The translations under genes and the position numbers were made by a program. Under the pieces are notes generated by a model. It was given only the letters and a program-made list of their open reading frames with translations. It did no database searches and had not been told where the DNA came from. Shown here piece after piece: positions 36,215 to 47,260 of a stretch of DNA of 64,000 bases. Where the stretch lies: the NCBI RefSeq assembly GCF_004010195.1, contig NC_057718.1, positions 32,624,486 through 32,688,485 of the forward strand, read 5' to 3'. Position 1 is the stretch's first letter. Every line of letters starts with the position of its first letter. Source of the stretch: Chiloscyllium plagiosum. Its lineage: Eukaryota.

Positions 36215-37410
36215 TAATATAGGAGCAAAATTACATCATTCAGTCCATTCAATCAAGGCTGATATGTTTCTGAATGCCATTCTCTTGCCTTCTCCCTGTA
36301 ACCCTTGCTCCCCTTACTATTGAAGGACCATCATCCCTCTATCTTCAATAGACTCAATGACTTGGCCTCTACAAGCCTCTGTACCAATGAGTTTCATAGA
36401 TTCACACCTGAAGAAATTCTTCCTCATCTCAGTTCTAAAGGGTTGTCCCTTCACTCTGAGGCTGTGCCCTCAGGTCCTAGTCTCTCCTACTCGTGGAGAC
36501 ATGTTCTCCATGAACACTCTATTGAGGCCTCTCAATATTATGTAAGTTACAAGCAGTTTCAATCTCATCTTCTAAATTTGATAGAGTACAGAACTAGAGT
36601 CCTCAACCTTTCCTCTAATGACAAGCTCTTCATTCTCAGGATCATTCTTGTAAACCTCCTCTGACCACCCCCCTCAAATGCTAGCACATCCTTCTTTAGA
36701 TACAGGGCCTAAAATTGCTCACAATATTCCAAATGCGGTCTGATCAAATTCTTAGTAGCTTCAGCAGTACATCTCTACTCTTCTATTTGAGCCCTCTTGA
36801 AATGAATTCCAGCATTACATTTGCCTTCCTTATTGCCAAATGATCCTGCATGTTAACATTAAGAAAATACTGAACTCGGGTTCCAAAATCACTTGGTGCT
36901 CAGATTTCCAAAACCTTTCACTGATTAGAAAATAGTCTACCCCTCTATTCTACCTATCAAAATGTATGACCTCACATTTTGCCACACTGAATTCCATCTG
37001 CCATTTCTTTGCCCACTCACCTAGCATGTCAAGCCCTTTTGCGGCCCACCTCCACCTATCTTTGTGCCATCTGCAAACTTACCAACAAGAATGATCCACT
37101 CCTTCATCTGGATCATTCATGTATAACATGTGGTCTCAACATGGGCTCCTGCAAAACCTCAATTGTCACTGACTGCTGTCCTGAATAAGATCCCTTTATC
37201 CCTACTCTCTGCCTTCTGCCAGTCACCCAATCCTTTAACCAAGCGAGTACCTTGACCCTAACACTTTGGGCTCCTGCCTTATTTAGCAGCCTCCTGTGTT
37301 TCCAGAAGGTTTCAAAGGCCTTCTGGAAACTCAAACAGATCACATCCACTGGCTCTCCATTGCTTAACTTGCCAGTTGCCTTCTCAAAGAATTCTAACAG
37401 GTTTATCAGG
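36215..37410 (-). mobile_element. Old CR1 RT/3' fragment
   Basis: CLINLLEFFEK...VDVICLSFQKAF...WLKDWVTGRRQRVGI. Confidence 0.8.
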
Positions 37411-39139
37411 CACACATCAGACTGGACTGCATGAGGTGCCATTGTACCCAACTCAGCCGTGGCTAAATATTCAGGGGAAAGCACAGTTATAACATCTCTT
37501 CTGCAGCACTTTAACACGGTGAACAACTTTAACTGGTTTAAGGCAAGATGCCCATCCACCTTATCTGCTCTGTTCCCCAACCCTTTGAGAGTTATCAGCC
37601 AAGCTGATTGGCTAGACCTCTGTCAGCACTGTCAGTCAGGACCAATGCTACTGCTGGGAATATAGGCAGCCTGAATACACCATGGAGTCTACGTAAGTCT
37701 GCAGTCAAGGAACTCAGCTTGGGTGGGAACTGAGAGGGAGTGGTGCCCAAGGCTGAGACTATACAGAGCTCTGCAAAATAGTGTGCTGAGATTCCAGAGT
37801 GCTCCTACTCTCAACTGGGCCAAGTCAGGATGGACCAATGAGGAAAGAGCAACAGCTTACAAAGGTCAAACAGGAAGAAGGCAAACAAGAGGGTTGCACA
37901 CCTTGGGCGTTGGGGGATGGTTGGTGGCCCTGATGAGGAAAGTAGCCCCATGAAGGAAGTACCCACAACTTCATCCTCCTGCAAACCTTACGGGTTCAGC
38001 CAACTGCTAACCCACTGACAGAGGAACCATCATATTCTGCCACTAGAAATTTTGAAACCCAGGAGACCAACCAATCTTTAATTCTTTCTTCAAATTTAGC
38101 ATCTCTCGATTTCACACAATCTACATTTCTTCTTACTGCCAAAACTAATACTATATCTTACCTTACTGAATTCCATACTTCGCCCATAATGATTTATATT
38201 ATCCGGCACCATTTTGAATGGTGCAATCATTGTGCAATTAGCATCAAAACATAATTGTGACAGAGCATTCTAGTAACACCATCTTGAAAACATTCTTCTA
38301 GTATTCCTTTGTATACGCAAGGCTGAATTCCACAAAGTGCAAAAAATTTATCCTGAACCTTAATTTTTCCAGGCCTTCCTATCTAGTTCCAATAGCCTCA
38401 ATCTAAAATATTAACATAGGTATCTTTTGCTGTATAATTACAAAATGACTGAACTTCAACAGCATAGTAACCTGTTAAATAATGACAGTACACAATACGA
38501 CTGATAGTGCTCGACCTTGTAATTTGTGTAGGCCTAAAATCTCTCTATACTTAATAGTCCCAGGATTTTGTGGCAAGCATGAAAAAGGAGAAACATTCAA
38601 ATAAGTGAATAACACATGCAGGTGATTGTAATTATCTTTTTACAGGGTGAACTATCACATCAGGCTGCATACCCAGAAATTTACAAGCGCCTCGTGGTCT
38701 TGGTTCAACTCCCACCTGCCTCAGATGTGTATCGTAATGTGTATGATCAAAAATAACTAGTTTAGGAGAGGGAGCATGTGGGGAATTTCTTCAAGTGATT
38801 TTAACATGTGCTACTAGCTCTGGAACCACAGCTACCAAATCTCCATGCCAGACTATGAACACACAGAATCTTTATTTGTCTTTATATCATAAAAGTAGAG
38901 CTATAGTAAGGCATCCATTTTAATTCAATTTTCCCACTGCGTTTTCTGAGTGAAGGTGAAATTCCAATGGAAATCAATATTTTATTCAATTATGGGAATT
39001 GTTCGCATATATTACCTTTATTGTTAGAAATTTACAACTAGCAATTTAATAAAAAAAACCATTTGATATGCTGCCGTTGAAAGACATTAATATTTTCTGT
39101 TTGATTTAAAGAGCCAGCCATAATTCATCACTTGCTGTG

Positions 39140-39415
39140 GGGCAGCACTACAGTCTCTCAACACCAGCGACCCAGGTTCGATTCCAGCCTTGGGTGACTC
39201 TCTGTGTGGAGTTTGCACATTCTCCCAGTGTCTGTGCAGGTTTCCTCCCACAGTCCAAAAATGTGCAAGTCAGGTGAACTAGCCATGCTAAATTGTCCAT
39301 AGTGTCAGGTACATGAGTCAGAGGGAAATGGGTCTGAGTGAGTTACTCTTCGGAGGGTCGGTGTGGACTGGTTGGGCCAAATGGCCTGTTTCCACACTGT
39401 AGGGAATCTAATCTA
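39140..39415 (+). mobile_element. HE1-type SINE
   Basis: B-box ggttcgattcc, core gtgtggagtttgcacattctccc, tail aatctaatctaa. Confidence 0.85.
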
Positions 39416-39844
39416 AGCTAGAAAACTACAAAGGGCTAAACTGCTATTGAAATGTAATGGTAGATTAGTTTTAATAGATATATCCAGAGAGAGCCATGGT
39501 TACAGATATATTAATATCCAGGAATGCCTTTGATAATTCCTTTGATGTTGCCTCATTCTATCTCCACAATATCCTTTAGCTTTTATCTCCCTAACTCCAA
39601 AATACACCAGTCTCACGATTAAAACCCTTAAGGTATCTCTTCTTCCTTCACTTCAACATTGCTGATGAACATCCACTGTTTAATCTTCAGAAAACTCTGC
39701 GTAAACTTCTTTGTCTGTCCTTTATAAATCACGCACCTGTTATTACTAAAATGATTATGAATACAGTATATCCAAACCATCATTAGGCCAGAACAAGGCA
39801 GAAGTCCTGGTCCCACAGAAAAACAGTGAATTGATACTCTCAGA

Positions 39845-40066
39845 TCAAATTACTGCAGATGCTGGAATCGGTCTTGAAAATAACAAACGCTGGAGATCAC
39901 AGCGGGTCAGACAACATCCATGGAGAGAGAGCAAGCTAACATTTTGTGTCTAGGTGACTCTTCATCAGAACTCTGGTGACGAATCATCTAGACTCGAAAC
40001 GTTAGTTTGCTCTCTCTGCACAGATGCTGTCTGACCCATTATGATCTCCGCATTTGATGTTTTCAC
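39845..40066. mobile_element. Palindromic element of a second Penelope-terminus family
   Basis: Inverted arms around 39968-39972, each with a decayed hammerhead core and a GAGTC/GACTC stem II. Confidence 0.65.
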
Positions 40067-41559
40067 AACTGATACTGTCATATGTGCACTTGGTAAAGGA
40101 CTATACTGGTCTCAAGGTAGGCCTTCAAAGGTTCAGGTGCTGTGATTAAAAGGCTGAAGTCAAATTTTCCTTGCAGCTTTACCTTTTGACCTTCTCTTCC
40201 AAGAACCTGTGATTGCAGCCTGATACTGATTACCGGAAGCTAAGCATATTTATGAATGCTTGCATTGTCGGACTTAATTATTTTGGTGATATTATTATTT
40301 TGCTGATATCTGTGAAGGAAAGATTTGAAAAATGCATGTTGTGCAGGTTATGTAAGCATGCCCAATTACAATCCTCTGAATATAATGTTGATTTTGAATG
40401 GCTTTAAGAACACACTATGACTATACCTGTTGCAGCTTGTTGAACCTCCTTGACTGAGACGTGATTCTCATGACTGTTGTCTGGATTGTGGCCAATAGCT
40501 TATTGGGGTAGAGGGAAATTCCCCTATGTAACATGAACAACCAGATGATAGTCCTTCAGGCTGCAACATGTTATCTCTGATTTTGAACCTGCCAAAGGCT
40601 ATTTTAGGAAATGCAAGTGAAATTCATACGGAATCAATAGGAAGTCTGCAGTTCCCAAAAAAATGCAAAAACAGGTTGTAAATTTGAATTAATGATTTCT
40701 CTCTAGTGCCACATATAGTTATGTCATTTCTCCTGTAATGGTGAACAGATATTGAGGCAATGGTTATTACATTGACTATCATGCTGGCACTCACATTCAC
40801 TGGGAGAAATAAGACTTTTGACAAACAAGTAGAGTCCATGTAAAATCACAACATCTATGGGAATTACAGACGCTGATCAGGATTAACAAAAATGCTCGAG
40901 ACTTGAACCGCTTTCACAGATCTTTCCCCAGCCTGGGATAATGTGTGGGAACACAGACTGAAGCTCAATTTGTCCCTGCCACTGCTTTGTGCCACGCTAC
41001 ACTGGCTGCTGTGGGCATGCCTGAGCAAGTGAAGGCTGAAGATAAAGTGAGCACTCCAAAAACATTCAATTTCAACAGGAAGAGCAACATCTTGTAATGT
41101 CTACATTAATGGCATGGCACATCATCATCATGAACATTCATTGAGGCGAAGGATATTGCCTTGAAATCTCAGCCTAAATATTTCCAGATTATGGAAGTTA
41201 TGCTGAACTCTGACCTTGAGTCGAAAAGTGTGGTGCTGGAAAAGCACAGCAAGTCAGGCTGTATCTAAGGAGCAGGACAGTCGATGTTTCATCAGGAATG
41301 TCTTGATGAAGGGCATAAGCGCCACACTTTTCGACGCTGACTCTCCAGCATCCACAGTCCTCACTTTCTCTCTAAACTCTGGCCTGTCAAAAACAACTGA
41401 ATATTTGTACAAGAGGAGATTGCTACTAAGCCTAGTTTACTGCATCATTCTGCATTCCACCTCGAGAAACACAAAGCACACTATCCACCCAAAATATCAC
41501 CTTCAGTAAAGGAAAAGTGCAGACTCTCTTCTGCTCTTGGAGTTAACAGCTTCCAAATG

Positions 41560-41960
41560 AAACATCTAAAAGACTGCTGTAAGACTAAGACATAAGTGAA
41601 CATCATCCTGAAGTTTTCAGGCACAGGCTGGGACACAAAGTCCATCACCTTTTGCATTTCTGCTGCAGCTCTGGTCTTCTTCACAACTGAGTGTTGTGCA
41701 CAGCCGAGATGGCCTCACACCATCATACCAAACTCACTGACACATGGCTTCACTCCGCAATAAGAATAATCTTGGGAACTCTACAATCAAGCCCAGGTCA
41801 GTGGTCACCAGTCCTCTCAAACATGGCCCTTCCCATCACTCGACTGGACATAGCAATGTACATAGAAATACCAATCACAGCAGTAATTTGAACCTCCCCA
41901 TCTGTAGAGACACTCAAATTTGTTGTGTAGCTCCATAGATACCCCTCTGAGCATAAACTG
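41560..41960 (+). mobile_element. Ingi/Vingi-type (I-group) LINE fragment
   Basis: Frameshifted GWDTKSITFCISAAALVFFTTECCA...HTKLTDTWLHSAIRIILGTLQSSPGQWSPVLSNMALPITR resembles the post-RT region of Ingi/Vingi elements. Confidence 0.55.
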
Positions 41961-41999
41961 AATATCTTCAACTCCATTACATTGAGAAATGTTTTGGCA

Positions 42000-42545
42000 A
42001 GGCTAGGGTAGTGAAGGCGGCATTTGGTATGCTTTCCTTTATTGGTCAGAGTATTGAGTACAGGAGTTGGGAGGTCATGTTTTTGTGGCTGTACAGGACA
42101 TTAGTTATGGAAATGCGTTGCTGGAGAAGCGCAGCAGGTCAGGCAGCATCTAGGGAACAGGAGAATCGACGTTTCGGGCATTAGCCCTTCTTCAGAAGGG
42201 TCCTGAAGAAGGGCTAATGCCCGAAACGTCGATTCTCATGTTCCCTAGATGCTGCCTGACCTGCTGCGCTNNNNNNNNNNNNNNNNNNNNNNNNNNNNNN
42301 NNNNNNNNNNNNNNNNNNNNTCACGCAGAGGGTGGTACGCGTATGGAATGAGCTGCCAGAGGAAGTGGTGGAGGCTGGTACAATTGCAACATTTAAAAGG
42401 CATTTGGAAGGGTATATGAACAGGAAGGGTTTGGAGGGATATGGGCCAGGTGCTGGCAGGTGGGACTAGATTGGGTTGGGATATCTAGTCGGCATGGACG
42501 GGTTGGATCGAAGGGTCTGTTTTCCATGCTGTACATCTCTATGAC
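42000..42545 (+). mobile_element. CR1 3' fragment with inserted Penelope hairpin and a gap
   Basis: gcatttggtatgctttcctttattggtcagagtattgagtacagg... resumes after the gap with the CR1 tail tctctatgac. Confidence 0.8.
42128..42270. ncRNA. Inverted pair of hammerhead motifs in a 68-bp hairpin
   Basis: Arms 42128-42195 and 42203-42270 (1 mismatch). Each strand reads CTGAAGA-A-GGGC-taat-GCCC-GAAA-CGTC. Confidence 0.6.
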
Positions 42546-43849
42546 CTGCCCCCTATTAAAAAAACACGGGACTGAGTCGCTGTTTCTTTGTCTGCTTGCA
42601 AGTTGCACTGAGTGTTTTGGAGGAATTCTTGCCATGAGGCCCAGCGAAATTTCATGCCACAGCCTATCAAACATACCTCATTAATCCACCTACCCCATCC
42701 CTATGGCATCCACCACATCCAATTCAATCACCACCTTACCATGCACTGACCCTGAAACAACTCGCCGCTTACCAGAGATCTGCTGGAAGATCAGCATCCC
42801 TGGCACCCACGGCACCTTTAAAAGGTCACTTTACATCCAAATGTGCACTGGCATTCTGAAGCTGCTTTCCTCATTTTCAAACCATCCCCTCCAATAGAAC
42901 CTCCAGGTCCCTGTCAGAAAATAGTGCCATTTCCGCCTCTCTGACATCTTCAGAAAACATCCCTGACTGAGCAGGGAAGCTTCAGAATGCCAGAGGCAAC
43001 AGTGCCAACAGACCCTGGTAGTTGGTCCAGCTCAAAGCCATCCCAATGGTCCAGCAGAACAGCCAGCAGTGCTTTCACAAGGCCAATAACCTTCTCTGCT
43101 GTGCCAGAGGCAATGTCATGCATTTCTCAGCAAACGAGGTCTGCTGATGCATCCATCTCCTACCATGGCTCATGCTCTGGCACTTTCACTATAACTTGCA
43201 ACATCTTCCCTCGCTTGTTGTCATTCCCCAACCAACACCCCCCCCCCCACCATCAGCCTCCCACAACGCAAACCCTGCATGACCTCTGTGCTGCCTCCTC
43301 ACTGTCTCAGAACATCGAACCACCTTTCACTAGCTCGAAAAGTTGCTTTCATTTTCACCTCCCTCTCCTTCTCTCATTCCAGGCAAGGGCAGCCCACAGT
43401 AGGACCAATTTGGCTGTTCAGGTGAAGGGTGAACACTGAACTTGTCACTACCATGAGGAGAGGAGAGATTTCTGGTCCTTGCAAACTGAGACCGCTCCTC
43501 CAAGATGCCAAGGCATCAATATCTCACCAATGGTGTAAGTACCAATTTTTATTCCACTGCAACTCTCCCAGTAACCCCAGAGTCAGCAGCCATTACACAC
43601 CCTTTCTAACCACTGGCTGCGATACCTCGTACGACAGTGAAATCTAAGAGGCCACCTTCTTGACCCGTAAGGACAGAAATAATGAGAGATTTGGTGAGAC
43701 CATACCAGGAGTTGTGTGCATGTTATATTTTCTCATCAGATGTTTAATTGACCTGAAAGATTGATTCTGTTTCTCTCCCCACTGATGCTGCCTGATCTGC
43801 TGGGTATTTTCAGCATTTTCTTTCTTTCACAGAATTGGTATGGTGCAAG

Positions 43850-44960
43850 AGGTTGTCATTTGGCCCATCTTGTCTGTGCCAGCTTTCGGAGCATTTTAAC
43901 TTACTGTAAACCACCTACCATTTTCCTATACCTCTGTATATTGTTTCTATCCAAATAATCATCTATTAAATGCCTCAAATGAACCTGCCTCCACCACACT
44001 TTCAGGTAGTACATTCCAAACTCTAACTACTTACTGTGTGAAAACTTTTTTTTTCACCTCACACTTGCTTCTTTTGCAAAACACTTCAAAACTGTGCTCT
44101 CTGATTCTCAATCTACTTAATCAATGGGAAAATGTTTTCCCTGTCCACTTTGTTCAGACCCTTCATGATTTTGAAAACTTCTTTCAAATCTCCTCTTAGC
44201 CTTCACCTCTCCAATGAAAACAGTCCCAACTTCCTCCTCTTTGCTCATAACTAAAGTGTCTCATCTTGAAACCACTCTCAAAGTTTTTCTGCACTTTCTC
44301 CAATGCATTCATGTTCATATTTTGAAAGTGCTATTTCCAGAACTGCATATAAGATTCCAGCTAAGTTCTAACCAATGTCTTATATATGCTCATCATAACC
44401 TTCCCCGCTTTATACCCTGTGCCTCTACTTAATGAAGCCTAAAATATTCTATGTTTTATTAAGGGATTTCTCTAAATGTCTTGCCAGCTTTACTAACTTA
44501 TATACATATTGAACCTGCAAATCCTTCATTATGCCATCTCTCCATTTCCTTTATGTCAAACAGCATCACCCCAAACTTTTCCACATTGAACATCATTTGC
44601 CATCTATCTGCCAACTCCACAATCATGTCCCTGTCCTTTAGAATTTCTATGCTGTCCTCCTCAATGTTTATAACGTTCCCATGTTTTATTTTGTCCACAA
44701 ATTTTGATATTGCCCCATGGAACTATAGCAAAAGCAAGAGTATTACTGCTGACTTGCATGTGAACTCTACTATAAAGCTTCTTTCCCAAAAACATTCCCA
44801 GTAACCATTACTCTCTGTTGCCTATTCTCAGTTTTCTCACTTCTCCTTATCAACTCTCTCTGCTACTGCTTCAAATAACATCAGCAAGTTAGTTAGGCAT
44901 GGTTTTCCCTTACAAATTCACGCTGACTGTTCTGAATTAATGCACACTTCTGCATGTGAG
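43850..44960 (-). mobile_element. Old CR1 fragment
   Basis: ADRWQMMFNVEKFGVMLF and other decayed CR1 ORF2 motifs. Confidence 0.65.
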
Positions 44961-46869
44961 TATTAATTCTATCCAGAATAAGGTCAATGAGTGGACCTGT
45001 AAAGGTCACATACTACCATCTACACTACTTGTCTTACACCCTTCTCAATGTCACACTGCCATCACCCATCTACCAGTAATTCCAATCATAATTCATGTCT
45101 GAAATTCATTAGTTGACCTCACATAATTAGCACTGACTTGAGTCTCACACCCTCACCTCACAGCATGCACACCCTGTTAGTTATTTGACAGTGAGTGGTT
45201 AGAAAGTGAAAGAATGGGGAGACAGTGATGAAGAGATCATGCTTAGCAGCTTATAGTCAGCAATTGAGATATTGCATATTTCAGAGGTGCATTCGAGGTC
45301 AGATTTGAAACTGATGAAACACAGCACGCAAGTGGCTTACATTGATCACTCTGCTTCCACCACTGTATTTATATATTTTTTAATGTTTTTTTTATTTCTA
45401 CTCTTTTGTAATTCCAGCTTTCCTTTCTAAATAAACCACAGCCTCGAATACTTAGCCGCAGTCTGCCTAGTTTAAGTAAGATTTCTGTAATGGTAACTAT
45501 CATAAATACTTCTTCATATCTTTTTCAGCTGAAGCTGCACTTCTAACCCCTTTGTTTCATTTTGCACACTGTGTGCATTTTTGCATGATTTTTATTTCAG
45601 TAATTATCTCCAACCCATATCCTGTTGATGTATTTTTGCATTCAATTTCAATTCAATGTGAATTTTATACAATCAAGTTTAAAATACTGCCCATAAGAAC
45701 AAAATGACTAAATTGAGCACTCCCAAGAATGTAGTCAAATTACAAGGGATAAAAATGTAGAGAGATCTGGGGGAATTAGGTGTTGCAATGCTCACAGATC
45801 CAATGATTACCGAGCAGTAACTGAAGAAGCAAATTAAATGCGGAATGCCACAGTACAACAGTAAGGCATAATTTGAACAAACTGCATTTCCGAGAGCTGT
45901 TCTACTAACAAGACAAGCAGAATTCAAAATTGACAGTAATTCAAAGATGCTGCAATGAGTCCAACAACAGAGAAAGATCGGAGTTTTGAGTAAATGCTAG
46001 AGAAAGGTAGTGACTGAAGTGAATTTAAAAAGAACACAAGATATTCGTGTCAGCATAGAAAATACAAATTTGGATTTCTTCTCCAAACTCAACTGCAGCA
46101 ATAGAATAAAGTATGTTGTTGAACTAGTCAAAAGTAAATATGGTGAGACTTCTCACATGTTAATCAATCACTATAGGAAATGGGCCTCTGGATAGGCTAG
46201 TGAGAATGAAAACCTGAGAATTATTGGCAAACAACAGCTGGATTCTGTTAAGAGTGGACTCTTCAGGATTGATGAGTTACATAAGGCCAATCACTTAGTC
46301 TTTTTTATCTGCCATGTACCTGTTTCTCTGCCAAGAGGGATACTTCACCTGTTTTCTGGCTTTTTGCTTTGTTGGTCATGAGCCAGCCATGAAGAGATAT
46401 GCAAGAAAGTGATTCCTTGGCTGATGTGCTATTGGAAGATAAGCAATCAGAAAAGAGGTTTGTTACACCATCAAATTTTAAACATCAATGCATTGAAATT
46501 CTACATCATACATTTAATAATTAAGTTTGTTTGTATTAGTGTCGTAACTTTAACATTATTTCCTACAGTCAGAAAAAAAAAGGCTCATAATCAAACCAAC
46601 ACATCATAGTGAAGTAATGTCAAGTTACATTTGACATGTGCAAGTGAGCAGAGAGGCAGCAAAAGTCTTTTGACCCATTTTTACATCCAAATTTCCAAGA
46701 AAAAGTACTGCTCATGTCATATGATAAAAATTAGGTTACATGCGTAAGAAATATTACACTATAACCTTTTGGAAAACTGAGATTAAATGATGAGACATTC
46801 TAAGTATTATCTTGTCCAATAAAGTATGCCTTTTGAAAAATGCAACATATTGAATGATAATTTTTTTTT

Positions 46870-47260
46870 GTTATTCTCTTTAGGATGTGGGCATTGTTGG
46901 CAAGGTGAGCATTTGTTGTCCTGTCTAATTGCCTTGAACAGAGTGCTTTGCTAGGCTATTGAGAGCGCAGACGAATTGCAGTGTAAACAACTACATTGCT
47001 ATGGATCTGAAATCACATGTAGGCCAGACTAAATTTTTAAAAAGTCAGATCTCCTTCCCTAAAGGGCATTAGATGGGCTTTTACAACAACTAATGATAGC
47101 TTTGTAATAGTCACCATTCCCGAGACTGGCTTTCAATTACAGATTCATTAATTGAATTCACCCATCATCGTGAGATTTGAATCTGGCATCAGAACATTAG
47201 TCTAAGGTTCTAGATTATATGCCTAGTAACATTACAAATACATCACCATCGCCTCCTGAA
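46870..47260 (-). mobile_element. Ancient SINE remnant (DeuSINE-like); similar copies near 13200-13480, 28050-28520, 48545-48630 and 62380-62585
   Basis: Shared diverged blocks ggatgtgggcattgttggcaagg.agcatttgttg.cc and cttccctaaagg.cattag. Family assignment is from recollection only. Confidence 0.45.

Noticed and set aside
42560..43660. 150-aa plus-strand ORF and neighbours as a nested gene
   Set aside because: No recognisable domain or exon structure. Looks like a decayed repeat, as does 62590-63560; family could not be assigned.
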